Shown here in pieces: positions 1 to 14,197 of a stretch of DNA of 64,000 bases (position 1 is its first letter; each line of letters opens with the position of its first letter). Source of the DNA: Mobula hypostoma. Lineage: Eukaryota. The notes under the pieces are model-generated. The model was given only the letters and a program-made list of their open reading frames with translations. It did no database searches and was not told the origin of the DNA. The position numbers and the translations under genes are program-made. The stretch spans positions 22,940,001 to 23,004,000 of the forward strand of contig NC_086108.1 of NCBI RefSeq assembly GCF_963921235.1, given 5' to 3'.

Positions 1-1254
1 TTTTTGAGGATGTAACTAGTAGAGTGGATAGGGGAGAACCAGTGGATGTGGTATATTTGGATTTTCAAAAGGCTTTTGACAAGGTCCCAGACAAGAGATT
101 AGTGTGCAAACTTAAAGCACACGGTATTGGGGGTAAGATATTGGTGTGGGTGGAGAATTGGTTAGCAGACAGGAAGCAAAGAGTGGGAATAAACGGGACC
201 TTTTCAGAATGGCAGGCGGTGACTAGTGGGGTACCGCAAGGCTCAGTGCTGGGACCCCAGTTGTTTACAATATATATTAATGACTTGGATGAGGGAATTA
301 AATGCAGCATCTCCAAGTTTGCGGATGACACGAAGCTGGGTGGCAGTGTTAGCAGTGAGGAGGATGCTAAGAGGATGCAGGGTGACTTGGATAGGTTGGG
401 TGAGTGGGCAAACTCATGGCAGATGCAATTTAATGTGGATAAATGTGAAGTTATCCACTTTGGTGGCAAAAATAGGAAAACAGATTATTATCTGAATGGT
501 GGCCGATTAGGAAAAGGGGAGGTGCAACGAGACCTGGGTGTCATTATACACCAGTCATTTAAAGTGGGCATGCAGGTACAGCAGGCGGTGAAAAAGGCGA
601 ATGGTATGCTGGCATTTATAGCGAGAGGATTCGAGTACAGGAGCAGGGAGGTACTACTGCAGTTGTACAAGGCCTTGATGAGACCACACCTGGAGTATTG
701 TGTGCAGTTTTGGTCCCCTAATCTGAGGAAAGACATCTTTGCCATAGAGGGAGTACAAAGAAGGTTCACCAGATTGATTCCTGGGATGGCAGGACTTTCA
801 TATGAAGAAAGACTGGATGAACTGGGCTTGTACTCGTTGGAATTTAGAAGATTGAGGGGGGATCTGATTGAAACGTATAAGATCCTAAAGGGATTGGACA
901 GGCTAGATGCAGGAAGATTGTTCCCGATGTTGGGGAAGTCCAGAACGAGGGGTCACAGTTTGAGGATAGAGGGGAAGCCTTTTAGGACCGAGATTAGGAA
1001 AAACTTCTTCACACAGAGAGTGGTGAATCTGTGGAATTCTCTGCCACAGGAAACTGTTGAGGCCAGTTCATTGGCTATATTTAAGAGGGAGTTAGATATG
1101 GCCCTTGTGGCTACAGGGGTCAGGGGGTATGGAGGGAAGGCTGGGGCGGGGTTCTGAGTTGGATGATCAGCCATGATCATAATAAATGGCGGTGCAGGCT
1201 CGAAGGGCCGAATGGCCTACTCCTGCACCTATTTTCTATGTTTCTATGTTTCTA
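1..1254 (+). mobile_element. CR1 LINE, young copy: 3' part of ORF2 (reverse transcriptase) plus 3' UTR; runs off the left edge of the window
   Basis: Open ORF 24..1157 has the CR1 RT motifs YLDFQKAFDKVP, SGVPQGSVLGP, KFADD and RDLGV. The element ends in the CR1-type (TTCTATGT)n tail at ~1233-1254. Confidence 0.97.
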
Positions 1255-1919
1255 AACCATTGCACTGGCCTGATCCTCTATCTTGCTGTCAAGAGTGCTG
1301 ATAAGTGTCATATAGACACCTTTAATTCTCTGCCATATTTTCACGACAAACTTCACAACATATGCCGGTGATATTAAATCCAGTTCTGATTCTGCCTGTT
1401 TTTAATATTAAGCAACTCATCCTGAAAATCACTACCTATATTATACCACGTGATATCACTACATTTATTCCTAAAACAGCATTAATAACTTTCCTAATTT
1501 TAATCCATTTATACCAAACAGGTTAAAGTATTAAGGCAGAAAAGTTTGATGAAAATACAATAATTGATTGCAGCAAAATTTTTAGTTCTGGCACAGTTTC
1601 CATTTGCGAGCCATTTGGCTATCTATGGCAGAGTAACAGTGTGCAAAAAGCTCACTACAGCACATGTAATGCAGTTGTATTGTCAGACCATCTCTATCTC
1701 CAACTCATCTGTTCAGTCATGTTTTCACTGGTGGCTCATTAAGCAACAATATTTACAATCAGTCAAATCCTGTACACATTCTGTGGTACACTGGGTTCAA
1801 TCCAAGGCTGAAATCTGCTTAGAAATTCAGTAAGTTGCTGAGCCACAGGTGACCTTGGCCACATTGTGAGTTGTTTGTCACTGCAGCAAACAAGGTGGCA
1901 GGGCACAAGTGTGCCTCAT

Positions 1920-2364
1920 CATCAATACCTTCAAATTCTTCATAGTTCCTCACATGTGGAAGCAGTGAAGTCTTTCATTTTCACTCCCAGCCATTTCTGG
2001 CATCGCCAAGCCTGAATGCTTGAAACCGCAGTGAGCAAAATGGTTCAGAATTGTCTTACTGTTTATTTCTCACCAACTATCAGTAACAATAATCACTGCT
2101 TTTTGGACACAAGAACACACAATTGACACTGTTTACAAACTGTTCACTCTAGGCACTATGTAGCGTTTAGCAGTCACACAAATAACACAACTGATGCTAG
2201 TTAGAAATTTCAGCAAAAGTTTCCTGGCCCAATTAAGTAGCATAGTGTCCCAAATAAACTAAAGGAATCTCAGCTATTTTTTGATTAGGGTTTGTTCTAT
2301 AAGAATTGCCCCAAATAAACAGCTGCCCTAATTAACCTAGGGTCCAATTAACTGGAATCTACTG
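1920..2364 (-). mobile_element. Tigger/pogo DNA transposon remnant (deletion derivative)
   Basis: Minus strand translates to TILNHFAHCGFKHSGL...NYEEFEGID, resembling the pogo/Tigger transposase C-terminus. The right end reads TA-CAGTAGATTCCAGTTAATTGG on the minus strand, which is TIR-like. The partner TIR was not found. Confidence 0.65.
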
Positions 2365-2869
2365 TACACCCAACACATGAATAATATCACTTGAAATCTG
2401 TGGCATGTTTTCCTCCTGTTGGCTGATTCAGCTTTAACATGGTGTTCCTCCATTACACCAGGATTGTTACTGTGCTCTGCAGGGACATAATTAACTCAGC
2501 CAAGTGTGCCAACAAAATTCACATTCATCTCATGGGCTCTGATGGGTAAATGCATGGCTTGGACTTTCATTTAATCAACTTTACTGTTGGCTCCACTGAG
2601 CTTCTATTGAGGACTTCGAGTTGAAATTTATTCTCCATAATCAGAATCACTGCCCATTACTATTGTAATGTCACCAACATCCATGATACCTACTGTCAGT
2701 GATCCCTTTTTGTTGAAGCTCAACCTTACCCATAGATCTCACCAAGGTGAGACTTTATCATGCCGCAAAGACTTGCAAATCATTCCAATCATCACAGCTC
2801 ACAACTGGAGTTAAACCAGAATCTACAATGCAGCAGAATATCTGAGGGCACTTTTCAGAAATACACATA

Positions 2870-3560
2870 AAAGGCATGAGGAATGGAAGGAGTAGGCTAT
2901 TTGGCCCATTGAGATTGTTCTGCCTCATCAAGATGGTGGATGATCTACCTCAACATCATATCCTTGCACTATCCCCTAATTCTCTTCATTTCCAGAGATC
3001 TATCGATGTCTGCACTGAATGGAATTGATAACAGACTCTTCACTATCCTCTGGGATAGAGATGTCCAAAGGTTGGCCACCCACTTACAACACTGTTACCA
3101 TTACTAGAACCAGTCTGGTGAATCTTCACTGCTCTCCCAACTAGTATAAGCATATCCTTTTTCAGATGAGGAGACTAAAACTGCACAGTAATCCAAGTGC
3201 CATGTTACCAAGGCCCACAATAATGGCAGCAAGTCATCTCCACTCTTGAACTCTAATCTCTTGGTATAACGGTTAACATATCATTTGCCTTCCTAATTGC
3301 TTGTTGCACCTATATGTTTAAGGACATCTGGGTCTCTTTGAACATCAACATTATCCAATCTCTCAGTTATTTAAAAACAACTTTCTTTTCTGTTTTGTGC
3401 AGGATAACTTCACAATCATCTACATTATATTCCTTCTGCTGCATTCTTGTCCCCTCGCTCAATTTGTCCTGTAGTTTGAAAGCTCTCTAATCCCACTCCT
3501 TACACACAATCCCACCGAGGTTTGTCTTTCCAGCAATTTTGGTCAGGTGGCATTTGGTCG
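2870..3560 (-). mobile_element. Degraded CR1 LINE 3' fragment
   Basis: Contains the reverse complement of the CR1 3' UTR (ggagtaggctatttggccc) followed by decayed RT-region sequence. Confidence 0.75.
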
Positions 3561-5015
3561 CTGAACAGCTGGGGGCTAAGATTCGATTCCCGTGGTGCAC
3601 AATATGAGAGAGGTTTTTTTTATTCCCAATCCTAGGTTAATATAACGTGTGTGAGCCTTTTTGGTGAGGAGGAGGGCTTAAGGGATGGAATTCCTGAGCT
3701 TAGGGCTGAGATATACATAGATATGGGTAGCCTGTGCAAGTAATCAATGTTGGGAAAGCCTTTTATTCCCACCATCCTGTTCTCCAAGATCCAGGGTCTC
3801 TCACTGCCCCAGTCAACTTCAAGATCCTTGCCTTCATCTTGAACCTAACTGCCTTTCTCCGGTCTACTTTGGGAGCTACAATTGATCACCACCGCTCCTT
3901 TCTCCTGAGCTAGCATTCTTCCAAGTGTTCCATCTTCACATTAGTGATTGTTTTCGCTGGCCATCTCTGCCCTCTGAAATTCCTTTCCTAAATCTCCTCA
4001 CCCTTTGTACCCTGCCCTCAGACTGAATTAATCTATTAACACCCCTCACACTTTCCCTGCCTCTGCATTCGTGATCTGCCTTCAGCCTTCTTCCTTCTTC
4101 CTTCTTCCTCTACTCAGCTACTTCTAAATCTCTCATACACATTGCTGTTACATCTGCAATGCCTTTTTGATTAATTTAATTCAGCTGGCATCAGAGCACA
4201 GTGACTCGCTGTAAGCTGCTCTCTGCAGATCCACTGATTACTCTTATTATAATCATTCTACCCTTTTGTAGCTAAATCCGGTGACTCTAAGAATTACAAA
4301 TAATGCTCTTTTAAATCTGCTTATTGATCTGGTAATCTTCTGACTTCCAGGAGCAATCAATCTACTGACCCAACTCCTGGACCCAGGCAATAAATGAACT
4401 TCCGACCTCCCAAGTTACCTTGTTTTGATTTTGCTCCTTATTGCCTAATACACTACACTTTCTCTGGAACTATAGCACTTTATGTGCATTTTGTCATTGT
4501 TTTAGCTTCTACTTCCTCAAGGCTCTGTTGTAAGGAATTGATCCGTATGAACAGGGTGCAAGAAAAGCTTTTCATTGTACTTATGTGAACGTAATAAACC
4601 AAATGACCAATAAATTTACTACCTCTACTATTGTGTCATTTTAGTACCTGGAATAGACCTACCTTTCCCCTACTCTGACTTACAATGGCCCAAAGATGGA
4701 TGTTTGGACCCCAGCTCTTCATAGTCTATGTCAATGTATGGCGGTGCAGGTCAAGTACCGTATTTCCAGACTTGTTCTCCGAACAGAACTCTCCACCTTC
4801 ATGAATATGAGATAACCTAAAATGCTGCTGACTGTAACTTAACTCCTAGCCAGCACCATACAGCTAGAATTCCTGCGCTTGCTGACCCTAGCCTTGGTTT
4901 TGAAATGTGGATATCCTCATGGCATTGCTGCTCCGTCTCTCTGTAGCCTCTTACTGCCCAACAGTTCTCCAAAATCTCTGCACAGTTTCGAGCCTGACCT
5001 CTTGAACATTGTTAA

Positions 5016-5290
5016 TGTAGTGGTTAGGGTGACACTATTACACCTCAGGGCAACAGAGTTCGGAGTTCAAATCCCGTGTCAGTGGTATTTCCCCCCTGTG
5101 GAGTGAGGGGGTATTCTCTGGTCCTCCAGTTCCCTCCCGTAGTCCAAAGCCAAATTAGGTAGGTTAATTGGTGATTGTAAATTCTCCTGTGATTAGGTTT
5201 GGGTTAAACTGCGGTTGTCAGGGGCTGTTGGGCAGTGCGGGTCAAAGGGCCAGAAGGGCCTATTCAGTGCTGCATAACTAAGTTAATAAA
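5016..5290 (+). mobile_element. tRNA-derived V-SINE (HE1-like)
   Basis: A-box-like GTAGTGGTTAG, B-box-like GAGTTCAAATCCC, V-domain-like ctccagttccctcccgtagtccaaag, and a CR1-like tail (gggccagaagggcctatt). Confidence 0.75.
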
Positions 5291-5629
5291 TGTCCATATC
5301 AGTAGCTGTGCACTTAACTGATTAGTACCCAACCCCAGGAGTTTCTTGCTTTAGCTTCATCACCTCACTCTCTCTCCTACTTACAAATGTTTTGTAAGAC
5401 TTACTTGTTTGACTAATCTTTAGGTCAACCTCATCTAGCAGCTTCATATGTACTTTGGTGACATATTTGGTTCAATAACTGTCCTAGAGTCAAAGACTCA
5501 GATGACATGGAAATAAGCCATTTGGTCCATTGCATCCATGATGATCAAAAGCCACCATTTATGCCAGTCCTGCATTAATAAGACTTCATTGTCATTGTCC
5601 CCACATTTCCATCATCTCTTCCAAGATTA

Positions 5630-5830
5630 TACCACCCTTCAATGCAGTAACAGAACTTATAGCATCCAATTAACCTATCAACCTATCTGTCTTTGGAACG
5701 GGGAAGGAAACTGGAGCACCTGCTGGAACCCCACACAGTCACGGAGCAAGACCACACTGCACTGGAGGTCAGAGTTGAGCCGACATCTCTGGAGTTGTGA
5801 GACAGCAGCACTATGTGCTGCATCCACGTG
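5630..5830 (-). mobile_element. V-SINE fragment
   Basis: Reverse V-domain (tctttggaacggggaaggaaactggagcacc) and a tRNA-like head at ~5760-5830. Confidence 0.6.
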
Positions 5831-5989
5831 CCAATTTATTGGGATTACTCATCCTAAAAAGTTGCCACATTAATTGCACATTCATCTCATTCCCAACAAT
5901 CTGAAGCATCTTAATGTTTGTAACTGTAATTTATCACACTCCCTTTCCGCATTCACCACTATCTTCACCACTGCACGATATTGTCTGTA

Positions 5990-8250
5990 AACAAGAAACG
6001 GCCCATCCAGATGCATTTCAAATTATAGTCGTGACTTTAAACAGGCCTGTTTGAAGAAAACTCCGCCCAATTATCACCAGCTTGTAACCCTTTGCACCAG
6101 AGGTCCAAACACACTGGACCACTGCTACATTGCGATAAGGAATGCGCATTGTTCCTTCCTGAGACTGCATTTTGTCTACTGGGATCATTTGGCTGTACCC
6201 CTATTACCTGCATACGGACAGAGCCTAGAGAGCAAGGCTCCAGAGATCAAAACAGCTAAGAGGTGGTTGTGGGAGGCAGGTTGCCTCGAGTCAGTGGATT
6301 GGGCTGTGTCCAAAAATTTATCTGTAGACCTGAATGACTACTCCAGGGTTGTTACAGACTTTATTAAAACAGCTGTGGATGAGTGTGTCCCCACCAAATT
6401 GTTCAGAGTTTATTCCCCAGTCAGAAGCCCTGAATGTACAATGAAATCCAGAACCTGCCAAGAGCCAGATCAGAGGCATTCAAGTCTGGAGATCAAGAAT
6501 GCTACAAGAGGTGCAGGTATGATGTCCGGAAATCCATCATTCGGGTGAAGTGGATATTCTGGACTAGACTGGAGTCAACGAGGGATGCTCAGCAGCTGTG
6601 GCTCCTAAAAAGCTGAATCCTGTGACATAGGGGACAGCAGAGCTTCGCTTCCAGTTGAGCTCAATGCCTTCTATGCTCCCTTTGACCACCAGAATATGGA
6701 GAAATAATCACACTCCCCCATGTCTCCCAATGATCCTTTGGTCTCAGTATCTGAAGATGATGTGAATCCAAGGAAAGCATCCAGTCCAGACAGAGTACTT
6801 GGCTGAGTACTGAAGATCTGTGTTGACCAACTGGCTGGTGTATTCATGGAAGCCTTCAATCTCTCGTGCTGGTAGTGTGTGGTACCCACCTGCTTCAAGC
6901 AAACTTCAGTCGTATCGGTGCCCAAGAAGAACGGGGTGACCTGACTGAATGACTATCGCCCTGTATAACTTACATCCACAGTGATGAAGGTTTTGAGAGG
7001 CTGGTGTTGAAGCACATTAGCTCCTGTCTGAATGGCAACTTGCATCCACTCCAATTCACCTACTAAAGCAACAGGTTTACGGCAGATGCCATCTCATTAG
7101 CTCTTCACACAACCCTGGAACATCTGGATAGCAAAGGTGCACACATCAGGATGTTCTTTATCGATTACTGCTCAGCACTTAATACTATCATCCCCTCAAA
7201 ACTAATCAGTAAACTCCAAGACCTGGGCCTCAATACACCCTTGTGCAACTGGATCCTGGATTTCCTCACTTGTAGACCCCAGTCAGTTTGAATTGACAAA
7301 AACATTTCCACCACAATCTCGATCAACAAAGGTGAACCACAGGGATGTGTGCTTTAGCCCCCTGCTCAGTTGACTTACACCTATGACTGTTCAGGCTGTA
7401 TCAAAGGTGGTGATGGATCAACATACAGGAGGGAGACTGAAAACTTGACTGAGTGATGTAATAACAACAACCTCTCACTCAATGTCAATAAGACCAAGGA
7501 ACTGATTGTAGCCTTCAGAAGAGGGAAACCAGAGGTCAATGAGTCAGTAATCATCGGAGGATCAGAGGTGGAGAGGATCAGTAACTTTAAATGTCTGGGT
7601 GTCACTATCTCAGAGAATCTGTCCTGGACCCATCATATAAATATTATTGTGCAGAAAGCACGACAGGGCCCCTGCTTCCTCGGAAGTCTGTGGAGATGTG
7701 GCATATCATCAAAAACCTTGGCAGACTTCTATAGATGTGTGGTGGAAAGTGTGCTGACTGGCTGCATTACGGCCTGGTATGGGAACACCAATGCCTTTGA
7801 GTGGAAAATCCAATGAAAGGTAGTGGATTCAGCCCAGTATATCATGGGTAAAACCCTACCACATATCTATGTGAAGTATTGCTGTAGAACAGCAGCATCC
7901 ACCATCAAAGATCCTCATCACCCAGGCAACGCTGTTTACTCACTGCTGCCATCAGATAGAAGGTATAGGTGCCTCAGGACTCACACCACCTGGTTCAAGA
8001 ACAGTTACTACCCCTCAACTATCAGGCTCTTGAACAAAAGGGGATAGCTACACTCATTTAAGGAATCCGTTATATTCTTATTTCATATTTGTTATTTATT
8101 TATATATGCATGTGCACAGTTTACAGTTTACAGCTTCTGATGTTTACCATTTACAGTTACTGTTCTATAGATTTGCTAATTATGCCTACAGAAAAAGAAT
8201 CTCAGGGTTGTACGTGGTGACATGTATGCATCTGATAATAAATTTTACTT
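5990..8250 (+). mobile_element. Rex1/Babar-type non-LTR retrotransposon, degraded (APE C-terminus plus RT)
   Basis: Fragmented ORFs 6051..6548 (TRGPNTLDHCY), 7568..7816 (FKCLGVTISENLSW, ESVLTGCITAWYG) and 7823..8047 (DPHHPG..SLLPS.RRYR). Many stops and frameshifts; AT-rich 3' tail. Confidence 0.88.
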
Positions 8251-8261
8251 AATTGAGCTTT

Positions 8262-8425
8262 GATCTAGACTATTCCCACACTCTATCCTGTAAAAATCTT
8301 ATTCCCTTTTCTCAGTTCCTCTGTCTCTGCCTCGTCTGTTTCCAGGATCAGGCTTTTCTTTGCAGGATATCAGAGATGCCCTCCTTCTTCAGAGAATGGG
8401 GTTTCTTTTCCTCCACCACTGATGC
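8262..8425 (+). mobile_element. Penelope-like RT C-terminal fragment, fused to a minus-strand Rex1 RT fragment (~8425-8555)
   Basis: LDYSHTLSCKNLIPFSQFLCLCLVC matches the region downstream of the RT core in the PLE at 45-46 kb. The adjacent minus-strand ORF reads HDCVT..IKFAFDTAVVGLI. Confidence 0.7.
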
Positions 8426-8861
8426 GTTATTGATGAGACCAACCACTGCTGTGTCGAATGCAAACTTGATGACACAGTTTGAGCTGAATCCTGTGACACA
8501 ATCATGCGTCAGCAGTGTGAACAGCCGTGGTCTGAGCACACAGTCCTGGGGAAACCCATGGACTACAGTCTTCATGAAAATCTCTGGGCATCAGAATTAA
8601 TCTTGATTTTCCTTCTGGAGAAAAAGCAGGGCATATCTCCCTAACAGTGGCTGAACGACTTTATAAGTGGCTCTGGGGAATACTGGCTACCTCCAAAGCT
8701 CACTGCTGCAGTCTGCAGGTGGAATTATCGAGTGTCGGAGTTGCCCTTCTGAGAGCAGAGCTGCGGTTTCTGTGAATGGCCAGATACTTTTCTCTACCAT
8801 TTCCGGTGGAGTATTGCACGGTGGATGAAAACACTCAGTGTGAGCCCAAACACCAGGTGTC

Positions 8862-8995
8862 TGAGCAACACACACAAATTGCTGGAGGAACTTAATAGGT
8901 CAGGCAGCATCTATGGAAAAGAGTAAACAGTCGATGCTTTGGGGCCGAGACCCTTCAGCAGCTTTCCAGCATCTGCAGATTTCCTCTTGTTTGTG
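8862..8995. mobile_element. Short Penelope-derived insertion with a decayed hammerhead (minus strand) and an inverted tail
   Basis: Minus-strand PLE 3' terminus truncated at a CTGCTGA core, joined to a plus-strand tail ttccagcatctgcagatttcctcttgtttg. Confidence 0.75.
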
Positions 8996-10951
8996 ACCAA
9001 GTGTACAGTATGTGCCAGCACACATAATGACAAGAGATACTACAAGAACCTAAAATCCACTGTTCCTGGAGAACAACTGCAATTCCTAGAGTACATTTAA
9101 AAATATTAAAGTTCAGTAACCAAGCCTAAAAAGAGCACATGATCCCATTTCAAGACAAAGAACTAGACAAAAAGATATTCAATGATTTTTGGATTTTTGG
9201 AAGAATGCTTTGAGTTCAATATCACATTCCCACAAGGACTGGTTAATATGTTATGAGGTCATTTGCGTCTACCAAAGTGTTCAAAAATCCAACTCTCCGA
9301 TGATAATTGCTCCGAATGTAATTTGGGTCGTGTGCCATCCTTTCTGTGTGATATGCCTTCTTTCACCATACCTTGACTCCCTGACAACTTCCTGAGTATT
9401 GCTCAGTGACACTCTTCTTTCAAACATTCAAGCAGGCCAGTGCAAATGACACAGTAAGTGACATGTGTATTGGTTGATGAGAAGAATGGAGAAATGGAGA
9501 CATTTATGATTAACTCATTTACAGCGAGACAAGGAGATAAACTGCTACAGACAGCCAACCCATGATTTGGAGACAAAACAAGAATTTGAGCTGATTATTC
9601 TATAGAACCATCCAACATTTTATTTTTAATGCTGAGCAGCCTGACAGAATCTATCTGAATAGTTTAATGGATCAGTGGTCATAGAATGAGATGTTTCTGT
9701 GAATTTTAATTCAAAATGATACCTCTAAACATCAAAGCCCAACAAGTCAAACAGCATATGTGGAAAGACAAACAGAATAAATATTCCAGGTCAGAAATCA
9801 GAATTGAAATCGATATGACATTTTATGACCACACATTTGCTCAGATCGAGTACCAGTGAAGGGGCGAACACTGATTTTCTGCAAAAATGAAATAACCCAG
9901 GAATCAATCTCAACACCTCAACTCTATTACTTTTACCCTTTGTATTAAACGTGTATAATATTTACATAACAATGAGTTTCTTCTCTCACCTTTCATGGGA
10001 GCATTATGTGTTTTATATTAGCTTTGATTCACAAACAAATAATTATTACAGCAAATACAAGCGTAAACAAAAGGGCCTGTCCATTTCTATCAATAGCACA
10101 GATGATATTAGAAAATGATAACTCTAGGGACATTGTACCAGAAAGTAAGCAGGCATAAATAAATAAGCTAAGTAGAGGTATAGAGCTTTAATAATTATGA
10201 AAATTGGAACAGATAAAACTATGGTTTCTCATCACAACAGGATTACTTGAAGGGCAGGAGATTACTGGCAAGAGGCTGCTTTGAGGGAATGCATTGAGGT
10301 TGTTTACAATAAAGCAAGCCTCAGTAAAGGCAGTACTGTCATAGGAAATAACATTACAGTGTTCAAAGACTTCTCTCTGGTAATCAGTTTGAGCAGCTAA
10401 ATGTTCATAAAATGTCAGATAATGTTGCATCTGGTATAAAGAAGACCTTAAAGCAGGTGGTAGAGTTTGAGGAAATGAAACAGTACTTTTGCTTCCAAAA
10501 TAGGATTTTGGTTGCTGCCATTGTGTACAATACACTACATTGCGACAGTGATTGTTTGGAGTTCTCTGCTCCAGAAACTTATGGAAGCTGGGTCATGAGA
10601 AATATTTAAGGTGGAGGTAGATACTTTTTTGAAAGATCAGAGGATTAAAGGCTATGGGACCTGAGGCAGATCAGCCATGATCATATTGGGAATGGCAGTG
10701 CAGGCTTGATGGGCTAAGTGGCCTACTCCCTCTTTTGTTGTCTTGTTTTCTGTTGAATAGAGAACCATTGGCAAAGCCATCTTCTCACGTCCTCATTAAA
10801 TCTAAGCAAAAGTCACTTGCAAGACTACTTGCTAACATTCTTTACAAGTCCTTATGAATTTGTCAATAGTAATTGAGCTGTGAGATATATCACTGTTTGT
10901 ACATACGTGTGTTTTTGTATATACATACATACACACACAGACATATGTACA

Positions 10952-11388
10952 TATGGAGCAGATAGCGAGGTTGTAAATCTGGCAGGAACAAAGGATGTCG
11001 GGAATGGCGAGGGTGGAACACCATGGCTTGGTGTGAGACAGGTGACAAAGAAAGAGTGCCAGGGGTGGGGGGGGGGGGGTTGGCAGAGGTGCAGACACAC
11101 CTAGCCCTGAGACACAAGACAAGGTCATTTGATACCAAACAATTGATTTATTGATCATTACAGGATGCCTCTCTGGTGCTTCCTGCTCCCTCCCCTCTCC
11201 TTGCCCCCTTCTGTTCTCAGTCCACAATAGAGAGCCATATCAGAATCAGCTTTAACATCACTCACATATGTTATGAAATTTGTTTTTTTCTTGTGGCAGC
11301 AGTACAGTGTAATACATAAAATTACTACAGTGCTGTGCAAAAATCTTAGGCACTCTAGGTACGTGCGCAAGACTTTTGCACAGTACTG
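10952..11388 (+). mobile_element. Hairpin-ended composite non-autonomous element, copy 1 (left hairpin missing)
   Basis: Core is homologous to 51.6-52.0 kb and 56.8-57.2 kb. Terminal palindrome CAGTGCTGTGCAAAAATCTT...AAGACTTTTGCACAGTACTG at 11328-11388 is flanked by TA. Confidence 0.8.
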
Positions 11389-11529
11389 TATTTACAGGGT
11401 GCAGAAGTTATCTACATGTTCAGGAAACAATACCAAGTTGAATGTTGAACTGAGAGTGAAAGAGTTTCCACTTGGTAAGAAGTAGAAAGAAAATTGACAT
11501 GGTTTGTTCCTGTGGCTGGAACCAATTTA

Positions 11530-13450
11530 TAATTGCTGTCAGTATATTATTGTCACATGTACCAAAATACAGTGAAAAGCTTGTCTTGCATACTGTTCAT
11601 ACAGATCAAATCTTTACACAGTGCATTGAAGTAGAATAAGGTAAAAGAATAACAATGCAGAATAAAGTGTAAAAGCTACTGAAAGAGTGCAGTGCAGATA
11701 AACGCTAAGTTGAAAACCATAACAAGGTAGATTGTGAGGCCAAGGGTCCACCTTATCATACAAAAGGTCCATTCAAGAGTCAGATAACAGTGGGATAGAA
11801 GCTGTCCTTGAGCTTGGTGGTGCACGCTTTCAGGCTTTTGTACCTTCTGCTTGATGGAAAAGGGGAGAAGAGAGAATATCGGGGGTGGGTGAGGTCTTTG
11901 ATAACGCTAGCTGCTTTGCTGAGGTAGACCAAGTCAATAGTGGGGAGGCTGGTTCCAGTGATGTGCTGAGCTCTGTCCATAATTCTCTGCAGTTACCTGT
12001 GGTCATCTGCAGAGCAGTTTCCGTAACAACCTGTTATGCATCCAGACAAAATGCTTTCTAAGGTGCATCAATAATAATTGTAATTGACAGGGACATGCCA
12101 AATTTCTTTAGCTTCCTGAGGAAATAAAGGCATTGTTGAACTTCTTTTGACTGTGACATCAATGTGATTAGATCAGGTAATGTTTGCACCTAGGAATTTG
12201 ATGCTCTTAACCCTCTCAATCTCAACATCGTTGACGTAGACAGGAGCATGTGCACAACCCAACTTTCTGAAGTTAATCACCAGCTCTTTGTTTCGTTGAC
12301 ATTTGAGGGAAAGTTGTTGTCATGACATCATGTCACGAAGCTAACTATCTCCTTCCTGTACGCTGGCTCATCGTTAAATGATTTGAGATGTGGCCCACTA
12401 CAATGGTATCATCTGCAAATGTGTAGATGGAATCTCTCCACGCAGTCATGAATGTGCAGGGGAAGAATAGGGGACTGAGGACACAACCTTGTGTTGAGCA
12501 TCAGTGTTTTTAGTAATCATGGTGGAGATGTTACTGCCTATCCTTAGTGATTGTGGTTTGTTGATCAGAAAGTCAAGGGTCTAGATGCAGAAGGAGGCAT
12601 TAACTCTCAGAGCCCAGAGTTTGTTTATGTGTTTATTTGTAATAATAGTATTGAAAACGGAACGACAGGTGTCTTTACTGTCCAGATGCGGTATCCTTCG
12701 TAGACCTGTTTAATCGGTGGGCAAATTGCAGTGGGATGGGGTTGTCTGAAAGGCTGGAGTTGACGCATGCCATGACCAGCCTGTTAAAAAATACTTAATG
12801 ATGGTAGATGTTTGAGCCACTGGATGGCCGTAATTAAATCACGTTACTTTGTTACTTTGGGATGAAAGTGGTCTTCTTGAAGTGGGGGTGGGGGGGGGAG
12901 CCACAGCCTGAGGGAGGGAGAGTTAAAAGATAGCTGCAAATACCTCTGCTAGCTGATCTGCATTGGATCTAAGGACATGGACAGGGACACCACCCGGGCT
13001 TTATACTTTCTGCGGGTTCATCTTCTGGAAGAGCGATCTTACATCCGTGACGGTGACTGTAGATTTAGGTAAGATGGAGACCATCAAAGTGGGTGGTGAC
13101 ATATCAATTCCCTTCTGTTTAAGAACACAAAATAAACTGCAGATGCTTGGGTCAAAGCAACACTCACAACACGCTGGAGGAACTCAGCAGGTCAGGCAGC
13201 ATCCATGGAAAAGATCAGTTGACGTTTCGGGCCGGAATCCTTCGTCAGTTTCTCCAGCGTGTTGTGAGTGTTCCCTTCTGTTTAAGCGTGCATGGAATGT
13301 GTCAAGCTGACTGGGAAGGGATATGCTTTTGTCAGCAATGCTGCCTGACTTTGATTTGTATCCCACTATAGTATGTAACAGCTGCAGCTAACGGCTAGGC
13401 TGAGGCTCAATGTTGGATTGATACTTTCTGAGCATCTCTGATAGCGCTAT
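11530..13450 (-). mobile_element. Rex1/Babar-type LINE, degraded, interrupted by a mini-PLE
   Basis: ORF 11780..11980 (KAASVIKDLTHP..RRYKSLKA..LKDSFYP) plus upstream decayed RT sequence. Confidence 0.8.
13124..13270 (-). mobile_element. 147-bp mini Penelope-derived insertion carrying a hammerhead core
   Basis: Flanking direct repeat TTCCCTTCTGTTTAAG (13108-13123 and 13271-13286). Perfect 19-bp inverted repeat at 13161-13179/13252-13270 and a 37-bp one-sided tail. Minus strand reads CTGACGA-AGGATTCCGGCCC-GAAACGTC. Confidence 0.85.
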
Positions 13451-14197
13451 TAACTGATTACAGCACAAACTTATATACAGTGCCTATTAAAAAGTCTTCA
13501 CCCACCCCCTTTAAATCACAGTGGATTTAATTTAGCTTCTATTTTTGAAACTGATCAAGAAAAAGACTCGTGTCAAAGTGAAATCAGATCTCTACAAAGT
13601 GATTGAAATTAACTAAAAATATAAAACAAAATAATTGACTGCATAAGTATTCACCCCATGCAAGTCAGTATTTAGGAGATGCACCTTTGGCAGCAATTAC
13701 AGCCTTGAGTTTGTGTGGATAGGTCTACATCAGCTTTGCACATCTGAACACTGCAATTTTTCTCCATTCTTCCTTACAAAACTGCTCAAGCTCTGACAGA
13801 TTGCATGGGCAGCATGGGAGAACAGCCCTTTTCAAGTCCAGCCACAAATTCTCAATTGCATTGAGGTTTAAACTCTGACTTGGCCCCTTCCGGACATTAG
13901 CTTTATTGTTTTAAGCATTCCTGTGTAGCTTTGGCTCTTTGCTTGGGGTCATTGTCCTGCTGAAAAACAAATCTTCTCCCAAGTCACAGTTCTCTTGTAG
14001 ACCGCATCAGGTTTTCCTCCAGGATTTCCCTGTACTGTGCTGCATTCATTTTACCCTCTACCTTCACAAGCCTTTCAGGGCCTGCTGCAGTGAAGCATCC
14101 CCTCAGCATGATGCAGCCATCACCATGCTTCATGGTAGGGCTGGTGTGTTTTTGATTATGTGTGGTGTTTGGCTTACGCCAAACTAGCATTTAGTCT

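Noticed and set aside
24..1157. Long RT ORF as a retron, DGR or domesticated gene
   Set aside because: It is a typical CR1 ORF2 with a CR1 3' tail and a near-identical second copy in the window.
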